A DNA stretch of 63,236 nucleotides, filler included, from Circinaria calcarea (Eukaryota): the NCBI GenBank assembly GCA_051942165.1. It is 4 parts of 4 records of this genome, joined end to end, with 100 filler letters (N's around TTAATTAATTAA, not from the genome) between each part and the next. Parts side by side here need not be neighbours in the genome. Positions count along the whole stretch, not along the records: positions 31,757 to 47,470 come from JAVECS010000353.1; positions 47,571 to 63,236 come from JAVECS010000355.1; 2 more parts are not named here. One strand, written 5' to 3'. The translations under genes and the position numbers were made by a program. Position 1 is the stretch's first letter. The number at the start of each line of letters is the position of its first letter. Shown here one piece after another: positions 36,884 through 49,020 of this stretch. Below the pieces are notes generated by a model. That model did no database searches, was not told the DNA's origin, and saw nothing but the letters and a program-made list of their open reading frames with translations.

Positions 36884-39000
36884 TTACACTACCTCAGCAA
36901 GCGGTCTTTTCTCAAGTCTATCCGAAGTCTTTCCCCGTTTTGCTAGGACCTTCAGGTTCAGCCACTCCATGCCGAAAGTGAATATAAGCGCCACGCAGGC
37001 GGCCACCAATGCATAGATAAAGACAACATGAACTGCAGCTGCGTAGAGTTCACGGAGAATCTGGAGCATGTCCGGGGTCGGAGTCAACAGTTGCAAGTTC
37101 GCGGCCCCAGCCGAAATCAGTGCAGAAGGATCCACTGTTGGTAAGCGTTTGGAGACACCCTTAGATAGATTGTTTATGAAGATATTTTGGCTGATAGAAG
37201 CTGCGAGCGCACTAAGAGAGAAGAGTTAGAATATGCCAAATTGTAATCACTCCTTGGAGAAGCTTACCCTCCAAGCTGCCAAGAAAATACGGAAATAGCT
37301 ATAGAAGGATAATTAGTCCTGAGACCAGAAATCTTCTAGGGATACTCACCATTTCCCGTTGGAATGTCGTCTTCACTATGAACAAATCAGTACTAATCGG
37401 TGGTTAAATGACAGCGAGCCAAAGGTACCTGAGGACGGCCTGTAACGCAGTATACGGTACGTTCATTCCAGAACCCATACCTAGCCCGCAGATCGCAAGG
37501 TATGTAGCCCATACAACGGTGGGAGTACCGACTCCAATTGTAGTTAATAGCCCATAACCTATTATGCTAATAATTGTTCCTGTAATCATATATGGAACCT
37601 GGTTATCAAAACTTAGCAAGTGCTATTTATAGGCTGATTACGGTGGTATACGAACATAATATCCGTATTTTGCTATTAGTCCGCCGACAATAACTGTAGC
37701 TGTTATTTGTGGGGCTATTAATGCGATGAACTTAATACCGCTCTCAGTAGCGGAGACGCCTTGGATCGATTGGAAATAAATAGGCATATAGTAAGCGTAC
37801 TACGACCAAGCTCCATTAGCATATCAGAGACACATTAGAAGCTAGCGTTACGTACCACTATAGATGCCATTCCTAGAAAGAAGAGAAAGAGTGCTCCCAT
37901 TAAGATTGACCGCTGCCGTAAAACGCGTAAAGGAATAATAGCTGTCTCGCCACGCTTCCACTGGATATAGGAGAAAACAAGAAGAAGCACAACAGCACCA
38001 GCGAAAAGTCCAATAACTATAGGAGAATTCCATGGCTTACTTTGCCCACCCCATTGCAATGCTAACAACATACAGCAGACAGCCCCAATGAAGAATACAG
38101 TACCTAAACCATCCATTTGTCGAAGCTTCTCTTTGAATGGTAACTGCCGGCGACCTTCCTTGGAAATTTTTAATTTCAAAAAAACTAGAATGGAAAGCAG
38201 GGTAAAGCCTCCTATGGGAACGTTTATCCAAAAGCACCATCGATATGAAATATGGTCGGTGAAAGCACCTCCTAAAACAGGCCCAACACCTACACTAATA
38301 CCAAACATACCCACAAGAAATCCGAGATGCAGCGATCTTTTCTCCATAACAACAGTGTGAGCAACGATCACTAGAGCTCCTTGGAAAAGACCTGCAGCGC
38401 CGATACCGGCAATGGCGCGTCCGACGATGAAAGTTGGCGAGTTTGTGGCCGTTGCACATATAATCGAGCCGACTATCAAATTGCATACTGTTAGCAGCAA
38501 CGGGCAAACAGAGCCAGGGACTTCAGACCTTCGAACAACATAATCGAAACAAGATATACAACTTTGACGTTGAAAAGCTTGTATAATGCTCCGAAAGTGG
38601 GCTGAAGGGCAGTAATTCCCAGGAGGTAGACGCTCGCATACCACGAAATGTCATCTCTTCCGGGGAGCTTAGTCTCGTAAGATCATCAGAGCTATATTAC
38701 TTACAAACTATGAAAATCTGTTGTGATCCTGGGTATTGCCACCCCAATAATGGCAACGTCCAGAGCAATAAGGAATGTACCAAAACAAAGCGATAGCATT
38801 ATAATCGCCAGCTTCCACCCATGTAGATACTGATCTGCTGCATCCGCCGACGGATTGATAAAGGCGGCATTGTCTCTCGAGCCTTCGAGCACTTCTGAAG
38901 ACTGACCTTTACCATGTTTAATGATATGAGATTCAGCCACAACGTTGTGCAAGGACAGCGAATCATGGCGGGAGACTGGAGATTTAGGACGATTGTTCAT
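36884..39000 (-). CDS. MFS drug/toxin efflux transporter (DHA2, 14-TM type), about 8 exons
   Basis: [90 protein letters not shown]. GT-AG introns join the pieces in frame. Confidence 0.92.
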
Positions 39001-40131
39001 TTTGTTAAATGGAAATAACTTCGTATTCTGTTGCTATCTCTGGAATATCAACTCTCGCTCAAGAATACCAGCCGGTCAGTAGCAAATAGGAAGAAGTTCA
39101 GGTGACTTTTACTAACGAGAAAAAGTAAGTAGCCCAAACTTTCTGATATGCTTGGCTGTGGGCTCTGCTGTCAAGAAATTAACATGATAGGCAAGTTTCT
39201 CTGATTGGTACCGATCGACTAGATCCCGCAAACACTATTCGTGGCAAAACGCCCTAACTTGCTATTCTACATCCTTGAGGATGAGGGCTACCTACCTAGG
39301 TAGTCAGACATGCTTGACTGCCTGCATGAGAGGGCCTAGGCCGTGTTGACGGAAGGGGAGTTTGGGTGGTTCGGCGATCGAACAAAATCTCTGCGTACCA
39401 AGCTCCTAGCTCCAAACTGCAACTCGCAGGTTGAGGGATTTAATAACGTGGGAAGGTTGGCGTTAGGTGGGCTGCATTAACCCGCGCTATACTGCCTAAC
39501 CAAATAATACGCCATTTTCGCGATGGTGAGCTAATCATAGATCCCAGACTCCACAGGGTATTAATTCTTTTACAGCGCTTGTAATATAACCAACCGAACT
39601 TTTCGCTTTAGCACAGATCTTCGCCAAGATCGCTTACGAGTATTATTGCCAACAAACAAACGGCTGACCACTTATTCTCCATTATTTGAATCGGCCATAC
39701 ACCGAAGAAGTAAACTTGTCAGAGACCGCTCCTACCCGAGTACAGCCTCCACGCCGTGCCTCAGCTGAGTCTATGAGATCGCCCATTTGGTTGGTTTCTT
39801 ACCGGCATTAAACTGGGTCTCGGGTGGCACATATGAGCCATACACAGCTCTTCCAGGCCTACGCCCGAATGCGGGAATATGGGGCAGAGAGACGGGAACA
39901 GAAAAGGAGGAGCCGTATCAGAAAGTGGGAAAGGATGAGAAAAGCAAAGTGGTTAATATATTCATCTCGCAGAGTCCGAATTGCTTTGAAAAGTTGTAGC
40001 ATATTTTCGAGCAAGCCACTATCCACATCTTTCTAGACATTTTATTCAAACTTCATATCAAGCGTACCTCACCAAGTCGTCCGAAGTGTTAAACCGAATC
40101 CGAATAGTATATCTACAATTCTTCCGCGAAT

Positions 40132-41959
40132 ATGTTTCTTGAAGCGCTTCCAGCTTTCTTATCCGCACAACAGCCTTTATGTGCCATTCCACTTCCAATA
40201 TTAGCAGCTGCTGTTCCAGTAGTTTTGCTCCTTCTATGGCGGCTCTTGCGATTTACCATTTTACCTGCTTTATATCCTAATCGGCCAAAGGAGCTTCCCT
40301 ACTGGTTTCCTAGTGCGTGTTCTATATCCAAATTCTTTCCAAAGTTCTATTTATATATATTGCTAATATCTTGGTCTAGTTATCAGTAATTTTCAACGGA
40401 CATTCATAGTATTACTCACTACTGATCTCTCCTTCAGGTCATACTTGGTCTTTTTTTAGAGATCCAGTAAAAGTGGTCGAAGCTGGAATGTGAGTGGTCT
40501 TCACCGAATGTGGATGATTATGAATTGAAGCTCAGCAGCAACCTCACCAATCACACTCGAGAACCCTTTGCTATACAAATATTAGACCGGAAATTCTACG
40601 TTATTACGGCGCCCGAAGACGTTACCGCTGCTTACAAAGCCACCACAGCATTATCGTTCGATCCGTTTTTGAACGAGTCTCTACGTGCTTTTGGACTGGA
40701 TGCTCGTTCGGTAAAACTTGCATGGCACCCTCCATCTCCAGGAGATGCCTGTTACCGTGAACCGAACCCCGTCAATCCTAAACAAAAGCCCTTTATTCAC
40801 TGGATAAAGGATATATACCGACAAGCGCTACTTCCAGGAGAAAAGATGACTCATATGGCAGGCCAGTTCCACGATTGTCTTGACCAAAACCTGCAATGGC
40901 ATAGAATATCAACTTTTGCTCTAAAACATATAGAGGAAAAGGGTGCAATTCGTCTATCTCTAAAAGATTTCACCAGAACAACAATGTTAGAGGCTATCAC
41001 GCAATCATTGTTCGGCGATCGTCTTGTCAAAGCCGAGCCAAACCTCATCAGATACGTCGCCGAGTTCAACGACAAGGCCTGGGTGTTGATATATCGTTAT
41101 CCGGGACAGTCTGCTGGAGTGTTGGACAAACGAACAAAGATCATGGCCGCTTTGGACCAATATAGACAAATCCCAAAGGAAGAACGAACCGCAGGTGGCG
41201 AATCTTGGGCCATTGAAACAGCGATAACCGGACAAGGTATCCTCGGCATGAGCAACGAGAGCGACAACGCCCTCCTTTTGCTGATATACTGGGCGTATGC
41301 AACACGGAAGCTCCATTTGACAGCTACGCTAACTTTCAGACAGAGCGAACTCCAATACCTCCTGGCTCTGCTTCTGGCTTTTTTCTCACCTTCTGTGGAA
41401 CAAGTCTCTCTTGGCTCGCATCCGATGCGAGATCGCCCCGGCATTCCAAGCTGGAAAGCTTGACTTCGCCTACCTTCTGTCCTCGTGCCCGCTCTTGAAC
41501 TCAGCTTTCTTGGAAACACTGCGACTGAGTGGTGGCACCGTGTCCACTCGCAAAGTCATGTCACCAACCCTGATTGGGGGGAAGCTCCTGCAGGCCGGCG
41601 GAGACGTGCTCATCATGCACCGAGCTCTGCATTCGAATGAAAATGTGTGGGGGAGCTCTGCCGCATGCTTTGATCCCGAGCGCTTTCGCAAGGAGAAGGC
41701 GCTTAGCACCCATGCGTCTTACCGTCCCTTTGGAGGCGGGTCAACGTACTGCCCCGGGCGAGTCATTGCCCGGCAAGAGGTGTTTATCTTCCTCGCTCTG
41801 ATGCTGGATCGTCTGGACGTGGAGCTGGCTCCCGACCAGACATTCCCGTTGCTCGACAACACCCAGCCTTCGATTGGGATTACTGGGCCTCGGCCGGACA
41901 TGGATCTCTATGTGACCGTGAGCGAGAGGAGGTATCCTGCGGTTGCTAACGGCAACTAA
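40132..41959 (+). CDS. Cytochrome P450 of the CYP7/CYP8-like (sterol 7-alpha-hydroxylase-like) group; multi-exon with a probable 6-nt micro-exon
   Basis: PNRPKELPYWFP, REPFAIQI, spliced I-helix WAANSNTSWLCFW (WAxxxNT as in CYP7), ETLRL, FDPERF, heme motif PFGGGSTYCPGR. Confidence 0.9.
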
Positions 41960-42581
41960 CACGGGGAAAGAAAGCTTCGGTAGCATCTAGCGATTATTAT
42001 TTATTTTTTTTCTATTTTTTTTTGTGTGTTATTCTAGCGGCGATGGCATTCAGTCGGGTTTGGTAGGCACGAAACGGGAATTATTTCGAATCCCGTCTAT
42101 CGAATTTTACCATTGCTCACTCGCGCTACCCCAGTTCCACCTTAAGCCCGCTAAAAGAAACCTAGCACCCCCCGTAGCTCATCTGAACGACAAAAGGGGG
42201 CATAAGTAACAGAGACAAACTTTTTAAAAGTTTAGGGCCAGTCAGGCTTAGTTGGAGAATCTCCCCCCCTCCAAATCCATTTGAATACCTTTGACGAAGT
42301 ACTGGGTCTCCGTCGCGCCGATTCCAGTTATCTCACTAATAATATCAAAGGAACCGGGCTCAATTAGGGTTCTGGTTCTGCGATGACTCTACTCGATTTA
42401 ATGGATTAGATAGTGTGGGCGTACTAGAAAAAAATCTAAACTAGATAATGCCCCCAACGGCACGCATTCCATCCAAATTTAATTGGCTAGATTAATAACC
42501 CCTGACGATGCCAACCAGAGAAGCAAAATGTGGGAATCAGCCGGGCCAAGAAAAAACCGCCACAAATCCACCCCGACGCCC

Positions 42582-43935
42582 TTACGCCTCATACCCATCC
42601 CTCTCCCCCTTCCTCCCCACCATTAGAAACATGGGGGAGAAAATGCCCTCCCGGCCTCCGTCCACCAAGCTCCGTGCCGCAAGCTCCAACGTCTCTGCCG
42701 CTCGCACCGTTCCCCCGGGACACAGCCTCAGGCCCTCAAGGCTCTTAAGCAGCCCAATCACGGCCATGCGGCCCCACTTGGCCGTCCGAAACACCGTCAG
42801 CGCATCCCACCAGCTCTGTATATCTCGCCACCGCCCCGCGAGTGGGTACCACCAGGGGACCCGGTCCCTCTTGTTGGCGAGGTCGTCTTGGCGGGTCAAG
42901 GTGAAGCCGGCGGTGCACATGGCCGCCAGAGCCTCGGACTGGGTAACGAGATGAGGGATGCCGTCGCCGAGCTCGATGCGGTGCCGGATAGAGCGGTGGG
43001 CGGGGTTGAGGGGAGAATAGGAAGGGGTGAGAACCCACTCGTACACGGCGAAGACGCCGCCGGGTTTTAGGACCCGGTGGATCTCGGCGTACACGGCTGA
43101 GAGGGAGGGGGCGTGGAGAGTGGCTTCGATGGCGTAGATGGCGTCAAAGGAGTTGGAGGGGAATGGGATTTCCTGCAGGGGGGGACCCGCGAAAGAATTA
43201 GCATTCGGGGCTTTATATACTGCGGATGACGGGTGGATAGGGACGATGGATTAGGTTGGAGGGGGACAAGCCAAGCATATCGTACCATAAAGTCTCCCTT
43301 GACAAACTCCACTTGACTCTCCAGGCCAGCATCGTGGGTATGCTTCCTCGCGCGCTCGATTTGGTACGCATTGTTGTTCAGTCCGACGACATGGCAGTCC
43401 GTGAAGGTGGCGATCTCACGCGCGGGCCCGCCGACACCGCAGCCGACGTCGAGGACTTTCATCCCAGGCTGAAGGTTGAGCATGGAGGCGAGGTAGTGTT
43501 CGTGACGGGCCAAGGCTTGGAGAAAGCGCTCCCCAGGGTGAAAACGGCAGAGGTGGAAAGATTGCGCCCAGCCGGACTCGAAGAGGTCAGTTACGAGATC
43601 GTAGTAGCTGCAAGATGAATAAGCAGCGATCGAAAAGAAATATATTGAACGAAAGGGAGAGGGAGAAAAGAGTGGTCGCAGTAGAGCACGCACTTGTTTA
43701 CCAGCAACATATATCGGGATTCTCTGTGCTGTCTCCGCTCGTCAGTGTCCTCTGAGTCTTTTCCGCCTTTTCCCCAATGCGTCAAGTACTCGTTCATCAC
43801 GCGCCGGTGGGAAGCATCGTCTTTTTTCATCATCGACATAAAAGGCGTCTTCTCATGTGCGGAGTCTCCGTGCATCGTCTCTAGAGAGCTTGCCTCGAAG
43901 CCGGCTTGTTTTTCAAAAATTGAATAGGATGCCAT
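42582..43935 (-). CDS. Sterol C24-methyltransferase (Erg6/SMT family), divergent copy; exons 43935-43694, 43607-43286, 43172-42582
   Basis: YYDLVTDLFESGWAQSFHLCRF (Region I), ARHEHYLA, VLDVGCGVGGPAREI (SAM motif), GLNNNAYQ, YAIEATLHAP, YAEIHRVLKPGGVFAVYEW, IELGDGIP, IFSPMFLMVGRK. Confidence 0.93.
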
Positions 43936-46255
43936 GTTAACTCGAAAGGATATAAAGCTCAGAAGTGGTACTGATGTCAAAGAGGGGGAAAAAACTGTAC
44001 TCGAACATTCGAAGTGAAGAGACTTTATACTCTTCTTATAGTGACAGTAATAACTATGTCTACCTTGGGGTCAAGCTCCGATACAGCAATGCTCCGATAG
44101 GGGAGACACTGGGATGCCGCCTCCATACTCATAGGCCATACGATCGAAGGATTCCGCCTTTAAGATCCAGATGTGCTCACGGGCTATGCTCAGCATCAGC
44201 TGTGATGCTTAGCGTCCGTTTCGAAGAGTGGATTGTGATGCGCCCCGTCACGACCAGCCGGACAGCATCTTTCAGCCGGATACTTGGTTTGAGGCAAAGA
44301 TAGTGCGCGCCGCTGAAGCTAAAACTTTAGTGAAAGATTGAGTTGGATCGTGGGAGTTATAACGACCCTGCCAATGTGTCCTGGACGTGCGTGCCGCATG
44401 TGGTGGTCCATAGCCGTATGGCCTGAGATTGTTCCGGGTTCGCCAAAGTCTCTTTTTTCCATCCTTGATTTGGTGCCCGAGTCAGCTTTCCAGCATATTC
44501 CACAAGTAGGCTGCAGCTTTACCATAGGCTACCTGTCGTGCAGAGCCAATTAGAAGAAACTAGCCCAGGATTATGAGCGGGAAAGTTCTCAGCCTTGTTT
44601 GGTGATATCTTGGCAGAGATAGCTTGACAATGGGAGTGTACAGAGGGGTGACAGCTCGGGCTAGAACACACAAGGCCGTAGCATGATAAATACTGACCCG
44701 GATCCCTATTTTCCCACACAAAAACAGTCCGTGCTGTAAAATAACCACCCTGGTGTATTCTAGCCCGAGCTGTCCACCCTCTGTAAACGTGCAACTTGAG
44801 GGGGGTGAAAATGCACTTTTTTAAATTGGTGACCTGAATTTGGGATATCTGGTATTCTTTCTCCCGCCAATCCTCCTAATAAGGTCATTCTACCCGTTAT
44901 TTTACCCCGTCCCCTTTTCATTTCCCTGGCTCCTCTCCTCCCTTTCCGCCTTCCACTTCCTCCCACTCCCCCTTCACCTCCTTCCCGAAAGCCCGGAATT
45001 CCCCCGCGCAATCGTTGATACTGCCCGTGATTTGACTTGTTAGCAGCAAAGAGAGGAAACCCACAATCGCGGCCCGTATCAGGAAATCGGTCGGGATGGT
45101 ATATTCTTGATTCGTGGACTCGAGGCTTAGTTTGATCCCGGCTAATGTATTCGCTGTTCCCTTTTTTTGGGTAGCGTTTTTAGTTGGTTCTTTCGTTTTG
45201 GTATCCGTTTTAAGCTCCTCGGCAGCCGCCAGCATGCCTGATGTTTGGAAATCGGTCGGAAGGGTAGTCTAATCAATTCAGCAAGAAAAGCCTATTGTAC
45301 AGTCGAAAAAAGGTTAACCAGCACCGAACCTTTATTTATATCCACTATTCCTGCATCATTGCAGTCTATACCGCACAGAATCGGGTCGCTTCTTCGTCGA
45401 GGATGTTGAAAAACGAGGAGCGAGTGCCTCAAACAATCGGGTTCTTGCGGCTCCACAGTCGTAAGAGGATGCTCGAGAAATGCCAACTCCGATGCGTTGA
45501 TGTAGAGGAGCGTATGAGACGGCTTGGTTGACTATTGATCGACGTACTAATGGCATAGACATCGCCTTTATTGGGGATATTCAAGTTGGGACTAAATTAG
45601 AACGTCTGATTATTTGATTATCCGATCAAAGGCTCTGGCAGGCCGACCCTATTAGAAATCTCATGGGTCGGAATAGGGGTAACGAGAAATGAAAATAAGT
45701 AGCGTAAGGAAAACATCCTCGATGGTAAGTAACGCAAAACCTACATCTTTACAGATATAGCGAGGTAAACATATACACCATCGTTACAAAGGTCTCTTAA
45801 CTCCCTTCCGTTGATAATACTATTCAATCTAACCGAAAGGCCTTGTATGCAACCCATCCCTCTCACTCCCAAGCATCTAATGCTAGCAGAATATAGATGT
45901 ACATACCACTATAGAGAAATGGAAAGCACCAAGGGCCTACAGCAAGACCGAAGCAGGGAGGCTTATAGCTTCAGGATAGACTCATTATAAAGGGGATGCT
46001 CAAAGTTAATCATCTTTCGCGTAGAGGTATTCCCATCGCACTCCACATGCTAAAGAATATCCCCCAGTGATCCAAGAAGCTAGCATTCTCTCCTCAGTGC
46101 TTCTAATCTCCAATTCTCCATCCAGTTTTTGCTATCCCGACATTCAACTGTCCCAAAAGCCTGCGCAATCCTGACAAGCGTGCACGCTGCTTCCCCAATG
46201 GTTTTTTTTGGTTGACCGGAGCAAAGCCCAGAGACCTCCACTGAATGCCACACGC

Positions 46256-47065
46256 TTAGACGCCCAATTTCCTTGCCGCCTCGTCATGGGTACACATCTT
46301 CGTGACGAACTCAACCATATCACAGACAACCACGAACACCAAGACATAGCCACAGCACTGTAAAACCCGCTTCCACCGCGGTACTCGATTGGCTAGTACG
46401 TCCTGCCACCCAACGGCATTTCTTTGCTGGTTTGACAATCGTGGCTCCCGCCTCCTCGTGTCGTTATCGACAGCTGTCATCAGCTGATCCACAGTGACTG
46501 TGCCAGATAATCCCAAAAAATGAAGGATGCCATCGCTGCCGTGCCAAGCTTTGTTATCCTTCGGGATGATGAGGATACGGTTCAAGACCGCTAGTCTTTG
46601 GCCTTTTGATAAGCGTGGTATAGCCTTCTTCTCGTCTTTCCCCACCGCCGACCATAGGTTACCGTAGGAGGCAGTATTATGGAGTCCTAGGCGATTGTAA
46701 ACCTCTTGGATTTCAGCGTCGGGTTCCCTTTGCGTCTCTGTTCGCAGGATGGTTCTAGCTGTCGATATGGTTGGTTGCGATGGGGTCCAACAAGACTGCA
46801 ATTGTGGATTGCGGGTCTCAAATTCATTCTTTGTTTCTAGAACAGTGGACGAACTTTTCCAAGCACTTTCGAAACTTTTCCCTGCTTTAGGGCCACTATG
46901 TATGTAACAGTACTGAATAAGTCGAGATGAAGCTATCGTACGATCTACCCTCCCGCAGCTTCCTGGCAGCACCAGAGGCAAATTGTGTGTGATCCTAGAG
47001 AATGGTTGTAAATAGGCGGTAAATAAACCGGTAGAGCGAAGTGATAAGGTTTGTAGCAACGACAT
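46256..47065 (-). CDS. Hypothetical protein (269 aa), possible mitochondrial presequence and C-terminal hydrophobic segment
   Basis: Long ATG-started ORF with Ser/Arg/Leu-rich N-terminus and GYVLVFVVVC near the end; no family recognised. Confidence 0.4.
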   Translation of the reverse strand: MSLLQTLSLRSTGLFTAYLQPFSRITHNLPLVLPGSCGRVDRTIASSRLIQYCYIHSGPKAGKSFESAWKSSSTVLETKNEFETRNPQLQSCWTPSQPTISTARTILRTETQREPDAEIQEVYNRLGLHNTASYGNLWSAVGKDEKKAIPRLSKGQRLAVLNRILIIPKDNKAWHGSDGILHFLGLSGTVTVDQLMTAVDNDTRRREPRLSNQQRNAVGWQDVLANRVPRWKRVLQCCGYVLVFVVVCDMVEFVTKMCTHDEAARKLGV

Positions 47066-47470
47066 TTCAACTAAAGTGCGATCGAACAGCTCTCTCTCGG
47101 CGACTAAAGTAGAGATAAAATGCAGAGGAGAGCCACAATAAGAGGTCTGAGAAGTTCTCCCTAAGTGGTATCAGCATTCCACCCTTGCATACACGAAGCA
47201 GGAATTTGCCTTACAAGCCGCATAAAGGAATGTGCGGCCAAGTGCTTCCGGGGTGACACAAAGCCAACTTTCCGGACCTCTTTACAGCAGAACAAATATC
47301 AGACCGGACTTTTCTGATAGACTAAGCAAATGATTATTGAATACGCATTTAATGCAGCAATCCTTCCTTCTAACAACGCACAAGACGTCCCTGTCTCTAG
47401 TTGTATACCAGTAAATATCGTTTAGCTGTAGCCATCTTGCAGCATTATTCTGCGTAACGTAAAAGAACCA

Positions 47471-47570
47471 NNNNNNNNNNNNNNNNNNNNNNNNNNNNNN
47501 NNNNNNNNNNNNNNTTAATTAATTAANNNNNNNNNNNNNNNNNNNNNNNNNNNNNNNNNNNNNNNNNNNN
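47471..47570. other. Artificial contig-joining spacer
   Basis: N44-TTAATTAATTAA-N44. Confidence 0.98.
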
Positions 47571-49020
47571 AGATAACTCCGCACCGCCCCGTACACGGGC
47601 TCCAGCTGCGGTTCGGCCCACATGAGCTCCGGGCTATCAAGCACGGAGCCTTGGAGGTGGATATTGATACGGAGGATAAAGAGTTCGCCGATTTTTTTAT
47701 TAATGGAGAGGCGCGAGAGGGAGATGGAGCCTGTGGTGGCAAGCAAGGCAGGGAGGGGGGTGGTTTGGGAGATTGTGGTTGCGAGGAGGTCTTCGAATAG
47801 TGAGGTCTGTAATGATGTTAGGTTTTGAGAGAGGAGAAGAAAATTGGAAAATGTACCTTGACGCTTTGAGCCAGGGCATGACTAATGGCGAGTTTGGTCA
47901 TGTAATTCTTCTTCTCCCTCAAACTAATAAAATCATTATATATCCGTGCTTGATATTCCCGCGTATAGTAAAAGTTAAAATTCTCCGTCTGCACGTCGTC
48001 ATCGCTGAGTTTCTCGGTTTCGAATTTCGAAATGTCTTTGAGGAAACGCTCTTCTTGGGCCAGGGTCATGCCCCAGATAACAACAGTACCGTAATTGAAA
48101 AGAAACACTTCGGGCGTATGGACTTGGGTGTCAAAGTCCAGAGTAGAAGCATCAGGCGGTTGCGGGATGGACATCTCAGCAGCTGTATGGTTTGGCACGG
48201 AGTTTCCCCCATTCTCCAACGAGATATCGCCTGCTCCGGTATGTAAGTCCATAAGGTCCTCGAGCCGTTGATGTTTAATGTCGTCCACCTCGAGAACGCT
48301 ATCTGAATGTCTCCGTTCCCGCATTGAGGGCACCGAGGTACTTTCTCGATTTGTGTCATTCAGATTCCCATCCAAGTCCGCGGCGGACATCTTACCGAAC
48401 GCTCTCGATCGCCCATAGTTGTAAGGCGAGTAAATGCATTCATCGAATTGCTTCGGATTGGCTCCCCTTGTCCTCCCTCTTCCCTTGAGAAACTTCATCA
48501 AACCCTCCAGCCGGTAGGAATTCGCGGTACAATACGCTGTTACCCTGGGCAACTTATCCCTGTCTGCTTTACCTAACCTGGCCGCATCTCGTCGAGCAGT
48601 TGGATCTTTGATTCTAGTGAATTGCGAGTAGACATCCCTTCCGCTCTCTTCGTCTGGCCCATCGTCACCGGGGTCGGGGTTTGGTAAGAGTTTCAGCTTT
48701 TGGGCGGTTTTGGTCGTTCTCTGCGGACCTATTTTCGGAGCCGGGGGAAGCATTGGAGGAGCAGAAAGTGGTGAACCATGGCTATTACGTCGTCGGAGCT
48801 TGTCGTTAAAGGCAGAGAGCATCGGCTGACCGGTTGAGCCATATTGAGCAGATGGGTAGGATGGAGTAGTTGCGGGAGGCGGCTGGGGTGCCAGCGTACT
48901 AGCAGCTGATGCGCGTGGGGAGTTAGGTGCGGCTTCCGAATGAAATGTCACCGTTCGCTGAGCTCGTGGTGGTGTCAAGGTATGCTTCTGAGACTGAATC
49001 AACGGCGAGGATTCGGACAT
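47571..49020 (-). CDS. RMD1: RMD1/DUF155-family protein, 3'-truncated; exons 49020-47857, 47806-47571
   Basis: LPRVTAYCTANSY, EVFLFNYGTVVIWGM, KLAISHALAQSVK|TSLFEDL, IGELFILRINIHLQGSVLDSPELMW. Confidence 0.88.

Noticed and set aside
2..43935. Treating the cyclase cluster and the SMT/P450/MFS cluster as one large fumagillin-like supercluster
   Set aside because: They lie on different contigs separated by synthetic spacers; nothing here shows linkage.
44750..45700. Stop-interrupted coding-like stretch upstream of the SMT gene
   Set aside because: May be a decayed gene, but I could not recognise a family or define boundaries.
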